DNA of 64,000 nucleotides, taken from the NCBI RefSeq assembly GCF_009834535.1, contig NC_045705.1, positions 71,920,001 to 71,984,000 on the forward strand, given 5' to 3'. Source of the stretch: Camelus ferus. Taxonomy: Eukaryota. Below are positions 47,701 to 60,949 of the stretch, piece after piece (the first letter of the stretch is position 1; each line of letters starts with the position of its first letter). The translations under genes and the position numbers were made by a program. Below the pieces are notes generated by a model. The model was not told where the DNA came from and did no database searches. It saw only the letters and a program-made list of their open reading frames with translations.

Positions 47701-50700
47701 GGAGCTCAGCCCTGAGAAAAAAAGGGATCCAACAGAAAACAAAGCACGACCCACAGAAGGGTCCCAGCGTTGACACCGAGCACTGGCAGCGCCAGACAGA
47801 CAAGGCGGGCGGGGGACAGGGAGCAGCGTTAAGACAGCAACTGTCACATAACCTGGCTGAGACACAAACACGCGGCTCCTTAAGAACGACGCTGAAGGTG
47901 CTACAGATGTGACCGTCACGCCAAGCACAGAGCCCACCTCACAGGGGTGTTGGGGACCTGAACCAGCTCCATTACGCTCGCCAGCATGTGCCCCCCCGAG
48001 CCTGGGCCACCCCCAAGCCCACTTGAGGCCCACGGCCTCCACTCCACACTTCCTCCGCTAAGCTCATGGCAGGTGACACTCTGCCTCTGTCCTATCGCCA
48101 GGCGGACACTCGGGACCTCCTTGGCCTCCTGGACTCTGCTGGACTTGGAACCACGCAGTTCTCCAGCTGGAGGAGCTTGTGTGTGAGTGGCCTCTTGGTG
48201 GAGGAGAAGCGTTCAGGGTCACATGCTTCACCAGCAGGTGCCTGAGTAGACACGGCCTGCCTACTGGACGAGGCCGCACACCACAGAGGCCTCCGGGCAG
48301 GAGAGCAGAGCAGCCGGGACAGGCGGCCGGAGGCCCAAGTCAGCAAGACCAAAGCTGCTGTCACCAGCATAGACCTGGAGCATGGCTAGGAGGACACCAG
48401 TTTCAGGAGAGGTCTGCACACCAGGAGCCAGGGCCCCAAGCCGCTATGGCTACAAGACGCAGCGAGATGTGAGGTGCAACTTCTAAGAGTGTCCAGCACA
48501 CTTCTCACCGAGAGCAGATGTATGCAGGCCTCTTCTCTCATTAAGAACCAGGCCCCTTCCTTCTCCTCCCCGGCCTTCCTACTTCTGCCGCGAGCCCTCA
48601 GAAATCTGGCCCTGGGGAGCTGGTCTCCTCTCCCAGGCCCAGCCCCACCCTGACACCACCTCCTGCTGCGGCTCAAGAGGGAAGCAGCTCCGAGCGCAGG
48701 AAGGCGAGCAGGAGTGGAGAGGAAGCTGCAAACGGCATCTCAATGGGTTTCTAAAAAGCCAGTGCTCACTCGCTTCAGGAAAGCCAATCGCTGTCTGCAA
48801 GCATGTTTTCTCACGAGATGGGGCCAGGGTGGTACTCGGGGGTAGGGGTGGGGGGTGCGGGGTGCCACTGCAGCACCTACACTCACCTTCTTCAAAATTT
48901 TACCGCCAAACTGAGCTCGAATACAAATACTTTTAAATGTAGTTCGATCAACTGGACAGGAGTTGGCATTCTGTAAGAAATAAAAATCATATGAGAATCT
49001 TATAGAATCATTTCCATTATTAATATTGTCTCAAAACAAAGAATTCACTTAAAAGTCAAAAATTCCTTTCACACTACAAATCAGTATTTACTGAAGGCCT
49101 AGGCAGGGCTGGGCTGCACCTGCTCCTGGCAGCCAGGCAGGTCCCGGGGCAACTGGGCACACATTCTGGTCTGGGAGGCACAAGGAATGCTGTGTGCACG
49201 CGGGCCTGTCCTCCAGGCTCACTCCGCCAGCTCACAGGGGAACAGCACAACAGCCTCAGGGCTGGACATAGCACATCCCCACCCTTGGAGAAGTCGGGGC
49301 TCCCACCCCCACGCACAGGCACTCGCCTTTCTTCTGAGCCTCCCAGGGGCCAGGCAGGGCCACTCGTGGTGGTGCCAAGGAGGCAGGGTCGGGCTCAAGT
49401 CTTTTCTTGGTGCATGCACCGTGACAGCTGCTGCCCATCCTCCGACAGGGCCACCTGCCTTTCCTTCTGAAGGTCTCAAGAGTGCAGCTGACGTCCCACC
49501 TTGAGTCCACGGGGACTGTGTGGGGCGTGGGCCGGGCCCCCTGACCTGGCTCACACACTCAGAGAGCAGCCCGTCCCCGCCGTCCGCTGTGCACGCCCAT
49601 CCCCATCAGGCTCTCCGCCACATGCCTAGGGTCTAGCTCCCATTCTGAGACCGACTCCAGCGCATTCACTATCGTATGAAACTTAGACCATCCAGTAAGG
49701 GGCCTCTCCCTTGTTCCCTTGTTCCCAATTAGCTTGGTGTGAACCTCACAAGCCACCAAGTGCCCCGAACATCCCAGTGAGGGTTTTGCTAGACTTGCCT
49801 GGCCACTGCTATCTCTGGAATAAGACTCCCTCCAGAAAGTGGTGTTTCTTCATTCAGTCTCAGGCATTTAAGAAAAGCTCTTTAAATGTCTTGTATATCT
49901 TTTTATGTCTTATTTCTAAGTGCACTGTAATTTTTAATGTTTGTTAAACTCGCATCCAGCAATCTCGCTAAACTTACCATTCCAACAGTTCATTCAGAAA
50001 ACACCTACGCTGATAAAATTATTACGTGCAAATAACGCTTTTTCCAATCAAATGTTTAAGCCTTTATCTTCTCCGATTATTCCGATACAATGTTGACTAG
50101 AAGATTAACAGCAAACACCCTGTCTTATTGCTCAATTTAAAGGAACACTTTACTTGCCAAAAAAACAAACAAACAAAAAAACAAAACCAAAAACAAAAAC
50201 CCAAGACGTCTAAGCCTGAACTAACCAAGGCTGTGGCTCCACCACCTCAGACCAGGACCGAGAAGCAAGGGGGCAGAGAAATGCGTGGAGAGAGAGGCCA
50301 GCGGCTGGTGGACACAGCTGTGCTGGCGGCTGGCTGGGGAGTCCCCCTCACGTTTTATTGGTTGCAGGACTCAGGTCCCCGTGTCAACGGATGACACCTC
50401 GGCACATGAGCACCAGGGCCAACTCTGCCAGGGCAGGCTGACCCTAGTTCACTCAGGACTTCTGCAGCCAGGTCCCCAAGGGAGCACCTCCTCACCCTGC
50501 TCCACGAGCACACGGCCCCTCAGCCAGCTTCACCAACAAGCCTGAGAGCCAGAGCGTGAAACGGAGCAAAGACTGAGCCGGGACCCCACCCCCTGGCTCC
50601 AACTGCTGCTGCTGAGGAGTCCAGCAAGAGGTGCCCACAGGCTGGGCCACAGAGGCCATCCCAGAGGGAGGAAGACCCTGGAGAGAAGCCGCCTGCTCAC

Positions 50701-53437
50701 CTTGGACCACTCCAAGATGCAGTCGAGGCAGAAGTAATGGGTGCAGTTCTCAGGTGTCCCCACAGCCTGGTCCCTGAAAGTGTTGAGGCAAATCGGGCAG
50801 CTCTCGGAATCATCATCAGAATTAAACGCACAGTCGGCTTCCAGCTTCCCCTGAGTGTCCGTGACGGTCGTGAACGTGTCCACGTCATCACCGTCTTCTT
50901 CGGAGCCTTCCGAGCCTTGAGAGAGGAGATTACGACTGGTGGATGGAGCGCTGGAAGCTGCAGCCGCACCCAGGAATGTGGGGTTCCAAGTCCACCCTGA
51001 GGGACAGACCTCAGCGGGCATCTCACCTGAACTGCTTCCAGCTAAGAGGACGCAACCCAGGCTGAGCAGCCACACCAGCAACCCCTCCCCTCCCCAAGCA
51101 GCAGAGCCTGGGGGGTGACGCCAGCCGCCACCAGATAGGAGGCTGAACTGCTGAAGCCTCTCCCAGCACGCACTCTCAGCACCCTTCTGCGGGCACAGTG
51201 TCAGAGAGCTGGACGCCTTCAGGAAGAACCCCCCAACTTAGGTTTTTCTTTTCCCTTCCTGCTGGGATGCAGACAGCAAAGACCGCTGACTAGGCAATCT
51301 GGCCACAACAGGTCTCACCAATTTCTGAAAGGCTTTGAGACTGGGGCTTGACCAGCAGGAAAGTAAGGAGACATTTTTTCTCCATTAGTTTTCTCCCCAC
51401 CACAACCCTACTAAAGTAAAGATACGCGCTCACACGGATGCAGAGAGCAGACTCCAGTGTGGCAGGCAGGGCTCTCACATGCCCCCAAGACTCAGTCCCA
51501 CCTGATCCGTTTGAGAGTGGGCAAGGACCTTATGACCCTGAAGCTATACAGCAGAGGAAAATTATCCCAGTCAGCTCAACATTATCAGCTGAGCTCTTTA
51601 AAAGCAGTTTTTTCTCTGGCTGGTTGCAGAGAAAGAAGCCAGACAGATGAGCCCCTGCTGGCATGCAAGAGAGAAAACAGCTGATGTGAACGGTCCCCAG
51701 AGGGGGTGGCCTCCAGGCTCCGAGTGAGGAGGGCCTTCCACCCAACAGCCAGCCTGAAAACAGGATTCAGCCCCACACTCACGAGGATCTGAACTCAGCC
51801 AACAAGCAGAGACCCTGGGGGAGAAGCCTGGGCCTCTGATGGGACTGTGGCCCCATGACCCTCGATGTCCATGAGGCAAGACCCCAGCGGACGACCAGGT
51901 GCCTACAGGGCTGACTCACAAAACTGAGAACATGCGTGCTGCCCTCGGCCACTGTGTCTGTGACAGCCCACTTCCCAGCAAGGACGCGAACAAAACTCGT
52001 GTCACAGAGTTGTGGAGCATGGCAAAGTGACGAGAGCTGACCCTGTTCAACTTCCTGCCTGGCTAAAGGCCACAGCAGGTTGCGGCCAGGTGGCCTGGTT
52101 CTTCCTCTGGAGTTCCAGAAGGCTCAGGAACCGAAGGGAAGGCAGGAAGCTGGCCATCTGCAGGGTCCTGGCTCACAGAGGATGTCTCTGATGTCTCCAA
52201 GGAGCAGTGACCACAAAGGCGAGGCGGATAAAGACACAGGCAGGTGCACAAGACCCAGAGCCACCCACCCCTCACTTGTCTCGAGGCTGCTGGAGACAGG
52301 TCCCGACCAGACAAGGGTGCGCACGCTGGAAAGAGATGGGCGCGAGCTGGGGCCCGGCACCCAGAGGACAAGGCTGAGCATGGAGGGCCGCACGCCAAGC
52401 AGGCCACAGGTCCTAGCTCATGCCGCCTGGGGAGCTGGGATGGGGCTGCAGGTCAGGCCCTAAGCTCTCACCTTTCACCACAAGGCCTGAACAGATAACA
52501 TCTGAAGTCAGAAACTCAGCACACAGCAACACAAGCGAGAGTCCAGGGCAAGTGGTCCTCGGGCCTCACAAACCTCAGCTCATGCTAACCCGGTCCTGTC
52601 CTGCCAGGCCAGTCTGGCTGTGCTCTCCCTGGACGCCCCTTCTTGCTGCTCCATATTCTTAGGCGTTTACCCTCCTGCCGCCACCAGAAAGGAGGCCTCC
52701 CACTGTGTCATCAGCTGAACTCCAGAGTAAGGACTACCACCCAGCGAGCCACCTTCCAGTTGAAGAGAAGGCCTGCTGCAGGGGACCAGCAGGCAAGACC
52801 CAGCCTTTCAGAGCCCTCAGCTGGCCAGTGTGGTTTAAGACAACCACTTCCCGAGGACGCCAGGTAAACAGCAACCCTGCCACAGTGAAGAGACCCAGGG
52901 CAGCGTTCTCACCAGATCCGTCCTCCAGGTCCCCCTCCTCGTCTTCGTCACTGTGCTCACTGCCCGTGTCGTCCTCGGAGCTTCCACTGCGGTCCTCACT
53001 GCTTCCTTCTAGATCAGCAGAGAAAAACACGGCCCAGGGGCAGTTCAGAGGGCACCTACCAACAGGGTTCCCAGCAAACGTACGTGGTCACAGGGAAAAG
53101 CAGCAGCCTTTGGCTCAATTTACATTTGTAGTGATTGCATTCAACGTAAAGACAAAAAAAAAAGCACCACTTCCGCACTTTAAAAGCAAAGGATAAGTAA
53201 TCTTTCACAGATTGAAAGCTGAAAATCAACACGTGTAGATAACCCCCCAAAAGGAACTGGGCTTCTCTGAGAGCCAACCTGGAGAAGACGTGAGGTGACC
53301 CTGCTCTCCCCCAGCTCTGGGTGCAAGAGGCGGAGGGGCTCACCAGCATCACTGGCCGGGCCAGCAGGACTGAGTCTCCGGTGTCCATCTGGCCCTCGGC
53401 TTCGGCCAACAAGTTCGTCCAGGCTGTCGTCATCCAT
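29779..53437 (-). CDS. PHRF1: PHD and RING finger domains 1, 1632 aa, 17 coding exons
   Basis: Exons 53437-53344 ([10 protein letters not shown]), 53008-52913, 50915-50701 ([15 protein letters not shown]...[15 protein letters not shown]), 48970-48887, 47531-47413 ([24 protein letters not shown]), 41279-41182, 40937-40762, 40187-40058, 36977-36850, 35824-35643, 35273-35154, 34648-34494, 33952-31358 (RS-rich), 31153-30996, 30817-30542, 30429-30301, 29922-29779 (SRI-like C-terminus). Total 4899 nt, in frame. Confidence 0.97.
41343..41610 (+). mobile_element. MaLR (MLT1-like) LTR fragment in a PHRF1 intron
   Basis: 'ggactgtgtcccccaaacccacgtgttggagccctacccccatgtgactgcacttggaaatgggacctttgaggggcgattaaggttcagtgagg'. 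Confidence 0.7.
43110..45290 (+). mobile_element. 5'-truncated L1 (ORF2 3' part plus 3' UTR), interrupted at 43217-43979
   Basis: ORF2 peptides [14 protein letters not shown]...[11 protein letters not shown] and [17 protein letters not shown]; 3' UTR with poly-A at ~45148. Confidence 0.85.
45300..46085 (+). mobile_element. Second, older L1 3' portion
   Basis: 'ccacataatccagcaagtccacttctgggtattt', 'ctactactcagccataaaaaaagaatgaaattctgccattt', 3' end 'tatgaacctaaaattgctctaaaaaataaa'. Confidence 0.75.
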
Positions 53438-56400
53438 TGCTGGACATTGGAGTTCAGCTCTGAAAGAAACCAGAGTCAAATCATTCTGCACCGTCCCAGG
53501 CGACAGTCACTCTGTACACACGGCATGCCTGGTGACATGCATCCACCCCAGGACAGGGAGACATAGTGCACACAGAACTGTACATGGACACATGCAGACG
53601 GCTCCTATCGACAGAGCCACATTCAGAGCCAGATCTCAACTTACAACGAAGCTAATTTAGCCTCAGACTGGCGGTATTCTTGCTCAATCAGGCACCTGCC
53701 ACACCTCAACTCTCCCTGGGTACCCCCTTGCCAGGCGCCAGTGAAACGGCCTATCACGAGCTGAGGCAAAGCAGGACCTCAACAGAGGGGGTCATCAGAA
53801 GGTCCCAGGTGACCAGCAGAGCCCTCTCCCCGCATCCCCTAGCACACCCCCCTCAGCCAAGGCCAGTCAGCCAGCCTTCGTGCACCTGACTACCGCTGGG
53901 AGGCCCCCCGACCTCGCCCCAGTGTCCACGGGGCATGGAAGAGTCACCTGACTGCCCAGGAGCCGCACAGGCCCACGGTGAGCAGAGGTCTGGCTCTCAG
54001 CTGCCGTGTGCACCTGCTCCTAGGCTCCTGATCTCCAAGTGGGGACACTTGTCCTGTCTGTGCCACAAGGCCACTGCAAGGACAACGCAGAGAACCTGGA
54101 CAAATGCCCTCACAGATGTAGACTGTAGTGAGACACAAACACCCTCCCACACCAGGGCCTCCGACTTTGGTCTCCTAATCAGGGTTCCTTTCCCATCAGT
54201 GCTGCTCACCTCACTTTCCAGGTGACCCTGAGAGGAAACCCTTCTCAACAACAACACAGGGAAGAAACACCTCTCCTTGTCAGAGTGTGCTTCCGACCAA
54301 GTCTGGTCTCCGTGGTCAAAGGAAAGGGGTCACAGGAGAGACCAGAAGGCAGAGGGGCAAAGCAAGAACCAGGGGTAGGGGGCTGAGCTGACAGTGGTGT
54401 GCCCAGAAACCAGGAAAGGCTCATTCCACAGGCAGGCTCCTCTCCCGTGGGCCATACACGCTTCCCGTGCACCTGGCAATCAGCAGAGATTGTACAGGTT
54501 CCCCCAAGGGACAGTCTCCTGGTGGTGCCGAGGCCAGATTCAGACCCCAGAGGGCCTCGCTTCCCATACAAAGCCTGGATTCTAGGAAGATGTTTTCTAA
54601 ATGGTGAGGGCAACTTCTATCTGGAAAAAGTAAACTAAGGAGGTTTTGTGGAATTACTGACCTCCTAAAGCTCCCACTTTTCTTCTTCCTAGTACCCTAA
54701 GATTAAGAAAATCCACCACAGTCAGCCCACAGACCCGCTAAGGGTCTGCACCCCCAACACCTGACGGATCAGCGACACAGCAGGGGCCCTACCTGCCCCA
54801 CACCTGCGTCCTGGCCACAACTCCTGCTAGAGAAACACAGACTAATGGACATGATGGTGCCACCATCTGTCTAGGAGGATGACGCCTTTCCCGTGAGCAC
54901 AATGGCTGCAGCACCACTGCATGTAAGAGGACCTGTCACCCTCTGGCTGCAGCTGTGACTGGACTTGACAGCGTCATTCTGGGACACCTGCTCTAACACC
55001 CGCTCTGCCCCTACTGGTGTGCAGCATGGTTCCTGCCCTGGAGAAACACAACCTACTGAGGGAGATAAGTGCTCACACCCATGAAGCTAACAGGGAAAAC
55101 TTCAGAACACGTAACCTGCTAGGGACAGTTCACACACACAAGGTCAAAAGTACAAACAGCCCCAGCTTCTTCCTGGGTGACTGAGACCTAGGTCTGCCTG
55201 TGAGGGGCAGTGAGAGGCAGGGCCTGCATCACAGCACTGCCAGCAGAGGTCAGTGAGGCCCGCTGGCTCTGGCACACTGGGCTTGCCAGAAATACAGCTC
55301 AGGAATGAGGCTCAACTCCCCGTGTCCCCACAGCTGGGGGGTCTAGTCCCGAGAGCCATGTACACCCCCATCATAGATGGTGAGAAAATCTCCAAAGGCC
55401 TCCTCACACCCTCCCCTAGGCAGCAGGCAAGCTTCAGTCATGTGGGGGGAGCAGCATCCCTTCCCGTGTAGTCACACAAGAGTAACTTCTGTCGGCGCCC
55501 GGGGGCCTCCAAAGGTACCTTCCAGAGCAAGCACTTGTACAAATACTGAGGAGGAAACCACAGTGAGCAACCCCCAGCACCCCCTTTCTCGTCAGAGCAA
55601 GTGTTAATGGGGACCCCCACTTAGGACCTCTTGGCCCCACCAGCAGCCCCAGCTCAGACATGCCTGCCACCTCTGCTCAGATGTTCCAAACCAATGGTCA
55701 GTAAAGCCCATTGCCCTTCTCGGTTGCTGGCCACCTTTGTCAGCGCTGGCAGTGCTCTGTGGTTTTCCCGCTCCGCCTCCCGATTTGGGGGAATTAGAGG
55801 GAAATTTTATGCCAGAAAGAGTTATTTCTCTTTCCAAATTCCAACACCCAAAACACCTGCAATTCCAGCCATTGCTAAGGAACCAAAAGGTTCCTGGTGT
55901 GGTGACTGGCAACTGTGCCAGGACCACAACCTGAGTGCCCACTGCCAGGCCCTGAATAAGCCTGCCTGGTCCCACACCTCACACCAGGCCAACTGTCATT
56001 TTTCATTCATCGTCTCCACAGAGGCTACAAGACCTCAAAACTGTAATCTGCAGTGGAAGTCAATAAGCTAGGGCCATAAATGTCTTTGCAGGGCTGGGAT
56101 GGACACCAGGAGTCCATGCTGGAGGGCTGCTGAGAAAACGAAAGCCAGGCTGGCCCAGCCAGGGCCTCGCCACCAGCCAGGTGCAAAGAAAGAACCAGCT
56201 GCTGTCATTCTGACTCAACATTCTTCCCGTAAGAAAAAATGCCGAGTGGTCCAGGGAGAGGGAAGGTGTGCCAAGTCCCAGGTCAAATCTCACTTCAGCT
56301 TCAGGTTCTGTCCAGCCAACCACTGGCCAAAATGTGGCTCACCAGGCCGACTACTACTCTGATGCTGAAAAAACAAGAATATATAAACTCCAACGTTGAC

Positions 56401-56449
56401 AGTGCTACAAGTCTCGTTAAAAAAAAAAAAAAAAAGGACCAGGAATCAA

Positions 56450-56602
56450 GGCTTGGGTTAACACAGTGCCCTGGCTCTGCGCTCAGTAGCTGTGTGACGT
56501 TGGCAAGTTACTTAACCTCTCTGGGCTCCAATCTATTTAGCTGTAAAACAGGAAGGCCAATACCTACTCCCGAGAGACTGCTCTGAAGACTACGTGAGTT
56601 AA
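56450..56602 (+). mobile_element. MIR SINE
   Basis: MIR core 'ctggctctgcgctcagtagctgtgtgacgttggcaagttacttaacctctctgggctc'. Confidence 0.8.
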
Positions 56603-56649
56603 GGAACGGGAAACCACCCTGTAAACCACAAGGGCCTGTCAAAACACAG

Positions 56650-57750
56650 ACGAAGCCGATAAAAGCATGACGACCAGGAGCCGGAAACGAGTTGGCAAAG
56701 GGTCACGCTCAGCGCGGGGAAAGCGACAGCGCAGAGGCGGGTGTCACAGGACCAGGCGGCGAGATGCCCGCGACCAGGAACAGGAAGGCGGCCACCCCCG
56801 AAACCCGCCTGCAGGCTCGGGGACTCCCAGCCTCTGCGCGAGGTCCCCCGCGCCCGCCCGGGCACCTTGCTGCTGCCGCCCGCCCGGGGCCAGCGCGGCG
56901 CAGGCCTCGCACCGCCGAGCAGGCCGCAGACAAAGCGCGCGGCGCCCGGGCCGGCGCTCCGGACGGGGAGCGGCAGGGACCCCGGGAGGCCGCAGCCCTC
57001 GTACATACCCGGAACCTCGAGCCCCGCTGGCCGCTCCTGGACGCTCGCCGCCGCCGCCCGAGCGAGAGCCACGACTAGGCCCGGCCGCCGCCGCCGCCTC
57101 CGCCGCCGCTGCCGCCGCCGCCGCCGCCGCGCGCTCCTCGACCCGGAAGTGCATGGAGCCGGCTTCCGGGGCCCTCCCGCCCCTCCCGTTGGCAGAAACC
57201 ACTGGGACCCGGGCGGGGAAAAAGGGCCTGAGGTGGAGGAAGGAGCCACTCCCTGCAGTCGGGGATCTCAAGACTTGGAAATACAGTTTAGAGCGTTAGC
57301 ATTTTCCAAGGGGACCAGTTTCCTGGGAGAACTTTAGGTATCTAAGCCCCCGCTAGGGGGCTGTGCCGGGCTGTCCTCCCCCGTCAGGAAGATGGCATAG
57401 TCCGACCCTCGCCGGCCGCCCGGAGCGAATGGGAGCTGCCGTCTTGCACACCTAGGGTCCCGCCTACAGCCCGGGCCCCGCCCCCACTCGGTGACCCGCC
57501 CCCATCTCCACCGCCCACCTCTCCATCCGCCAGACCCAGAGCGCGAGCCGCCTACAGTCCGGCCTGGCCGCTGTGGTGGCGCTCTCGGGACCAGCGGCTT
57601 CGCGCCGTCCGTACACTCTGGCCAAACTGATGGAGCCCTCTGCGCGGGCTCTCCCCGGCGCTGGGCGCAGCGAGGACGAGCCCCCAGACCCGTGTCCAGT
57701 CCGGTCCAGACACAGTAAACAATGAACGCTGCGAATCACTACGCCGCGTG
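56650..57750 (-). promoter_or_regulatory. PHRF1 CpG-island promoter and non-coding exon 1 (donor GG|gtatgt at 57009/57008); ETS site CCGGAAGT 57143-57150 and inverted CTTCCGG ~57163
   Basis: CpG-dense; splice donor and ETS motifs seen directly; exact TSS not determinable. Confidence 0.75.
57084..57128 (-). repeat. (GGC)15 trinucleotide repeat with two interruptions in the PHRF1 5' UTR
   Basis: Plus strand (GCC)5 TCC (GCC)2 GCT (GCC)6. Confidence 0.9.
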
Positions 57751-59380
57751 GTGTGTGAGAAGCTGATTCGTGCTCTGATGAAAAGATAAAGCAGAGCAGG
57801 ATCCGCGGCGGGAGCAGAGAGGACTGGCCAGTGGTGGCTGGTGAGGATGGACATGGCCAAGACGTGAGAGCAGAGAGGGGCAGCCGTGGGGAGATCTCGG
57901 AGAAGCAACCGGGAACCCACAAGGGAGGCCCACGAGGGTGGGCCCAGGCGGGGAGCGGCCAGAGGCTCCGGGGGCACTGGAGGGTAATGAGCAGGGATGA
58001 CAGGTGCTGGCCTATAGAGTCCCCAGGGGCGGCAGCGTGTGAACAGACTGGAGCTGCTGGGGCAGACCTGGGGGACCAGTCAGGAAGCCACTTAGGTGAG
58101 TCAGGGGCCACCGTGGTGCGGGCTCAGGTTGGGGCAGCGCTTGTGTGGGAAGCTATCTGCTCCTGGTAGATTCTGAAGGCAGAACTGAAGCGAATTTGCT
58201 GAGGGGTTAGATATGAGATGCCAGATAAAAGGGGGAAACCAGGAGAGGGTTTCTGGAAGCCAGAAGGAGAAGGCGCATCCAGGAGAACCTCTGAGTGGAG
58301 GGAGATGGGGGTCAGGCGCAGAGCAGCGCTGGGGGTGGGGGAGCTGGAGAGAGTTTAAAGAGAATGGGAGGAGAATAATCAGACAGCAGCACCGAGTGGG
58401 AAACAAAAGTGGAGGCCACTAAGAAGTATCCCACCAAGAGAGGGTGGTTTTGTTTTTTCTGTTTGCAACAGGAGAAATAATCCCCATGCTTACAAGTTCT
58501 AGAAAGGACTTTGCAGAAAGGAAGCATGGGTGTGGATGGTGCCAGAGAAGTGAGGGAGCCTGGAGAAAAATCTTCTCTGTTGGGGGTGGGGGGAGTGGCT
58601 GGCCTGTGCCGGCCCTTCTACACGCACATGCCTTCCTGCCAGAGACCACGAGATGTAAGGACCCTGTACAGTGGAGAGTCCCAAATGGGGGTGGGTTGGC
58701 ATCACTCCACTGAAGCTCCTGAGAAGGTCTGGGACAAGCAGCTTATGGCCAACTTGGAGCACCCTTGGAGAGGAACCAGCCCCTCCCACCTTCATCTGCA
58801 GCTGCTCCTCAGGGTTGCTGGAAAATTGTCATGAGAAACGTGTATCCGTGATGAGCTGCAAACATGTCCGCAGTGCACAACCTACCCAGCCATGCCATCC
58901 TTTGCGCAGACCGAGATATGTCCCCAGGGAACTGCCAGAACCACTGGTCTGGTCCTAAACTCAGCAAAGCTGCTACCTCTTGGGAGCATAGGCACATATC
59001 TGTACCTCCCACCTGACACCCTCTATCCACCCACCCAACAAACAACTCACCTCCCACGTGCATGTATGCACCTTCCTTGTGTACTCCACCTTCAGTGTTG
59101 TCGCCCCCAGGCACAATGGCTGGCCACTCACTGCCGCTTCTCATGCTAGTGCCAGGCAAGGACACGCATGTGTGCTCTGCCCACATGCCCCTCACAGACC
59201 TGTACCCTGAAGCCCTCATTGGGTCCCAGGTGTGTGCTGGCCCAGACACTGTGTGCATGCCCCTTCCCATGTGTGTATGGAAGGGTGGAGCTGCACAAGG
59301 AGCTCCCTTGGCCAGCCCTTTCCCCTGTCATCAGGCCTGTGCAAATGCACAGGTCTGCATTCCGTAACTTAGGAAGGTTG

Positions 59381-59926
59381 GTATATCAGTGTCCTGGGGC
59401 CGCCATAACAAATGACCACAGACTGGGTGGCTTAAAACAACACATTTGTTCTCTGACATTCCTGAAGGCCAGAAGTCCAAAATCTAGGCTGATAGCTGTG
59501 TCTTCCCTCCCTCTGCCACAGAGGCCCTGGGGTTAGAACCCAGGACCTCTTGCACACCAAGCACACACTGTACCTCTGAGCCCTATTCCCATGCACTCTG
59601 CTCACTCTGAAATCTAGAGAGAGAATCCTTTCTTGCTGCTTTTGGTTTTTGGTTCCAGGCTTCCCTGGCTTGCGGCAGCCTCACCGCAATCTCTGCCTTG
59701 GTTTCCACATGACCTTCCTCCCTCTGTATCTGTCTCTTGCCTCTGTCTCTTATAAGCACACTCATCATTGGATCGGGACCCACTCAGATAATCCAGGATG
59801 ATCTCATCAAGATCTGTAACTTAATTACAGCTGAAAAGACCCTTTTTCTATGTAAAGCAACATTCACAGGGTCTAGGCATTGGGATATAACATAAATTTG
59901 TCTGGGACCACCATTCAGCCTACTAC
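59381..59926 (-). mobile_element. MaLR MLT1-type LTR with a nested SINE
   Basis: 'gccataacaaatgaccacagactgggtggcttaaaacaac', 'gataatccaggatgatctcatc', 'ccattcagcctactaca' are typical MLT1 motifs. Confidence 0.8.
59521..59590 (-). mobile_element. Vic-1-like SINE fragment nested in the MLT1 LTR
   Basis: Reverse complement gggaatagggctcagaggtacagtgtgtgcttggtgtgcaagaggtcctgggttctaaccccagg. Confidence 0.65.
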
Positions 59927-60949
59927 AGAGAGTGATAAGGGGTGAAGTCAGAACCAGCAGGACTGGGGGGCACTATTGGGGGTCATACCAGCAGGACAAG
60001 ATAGGAACTTGGAGTCACCCTGACTTCTGGCCTGTCCTTGTCCCTGAATCCTAGACTTCTTCTCTCCAGACCTCTGCCCTGTCTGTGAATCTCCAGTCAT
60101 GCCCTGTCCTGAAGGTGTGGGCCTCCTCAGGGATCCCACAGATTCCTAAGTGTTCCTTCAAGACCCACACAGTCCAGGCTTTGCAAACCCCTCAACTTCT
60201 GACCCCAATAGAACTGTTCCAGCTCCTTGTTCCTTTGTGCTCCCTCCCCATCCATAGGACCAAACCCCACAACACACTGCACTTGAATTTCTACATTTAG
60301 GCTTCATGCTCCTGAGGTCCCAGGCAGGGCCAGATGCATCCCTGGAGCCTCAGCACTTAGCCACCTGGGCAACAGTTCTGAAGGAAGAAATGAAATGACT
60401 GAGATGGTGGAAAGGGTGCAGGAGGATCAGGCTGGTTTTAGGGCAGCTGGTGGGCTCCAGCCCAGGCTTAAGTGGGATGCAGTGGGGACAAGGAGTAGGG
60501 CGGTGAGTTGAAGGGCAGGAGGGCTACAGGAGAACCTCCAGGGTGGCTGAGGCTGAGAAGGTGCTGCCCCTGGGCCAAGGACCAGTCTGACAGTGGGGGC
60601 AGAAGTGTCCTTTGGAGCTGCCTGGAGCCAGGAGAATGGGGTCCTCCAGGGAAGACCAGGCTCTGAGGCAGATGCCAGAGACTCTGGCTGATTTGTGGGA
60701 GGTTGGGGAAGAGGGGAGCGCTTGCTTATTTGAGGAGAGGGACACAAGCGTCTTATGAGAACCTCTGTGCCAGGAACAAAGGGGATCAGGCACTTCTCTG
60801 CCCAATTAGGGGTCCCAGTGACCCATAATTCGGCCTCCGGAGGCCAGGAGAAGAGTGTGAAGAGAAGGGGGCGCCACCAGAAGTTGGTAACTCCAAATCT
60901 GAAACAGTCTGTTCCCTTGATTTACCCCTTTTCAATGCCCGAATAGGAT

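Noticed and set aside
56599-57337. Overlapping 175-216-aa ORFs at the PHRF1 promoter
   Set aside because: Products of extreme GC content and the GCC repeat; PHRF1 coding starts at 53437.
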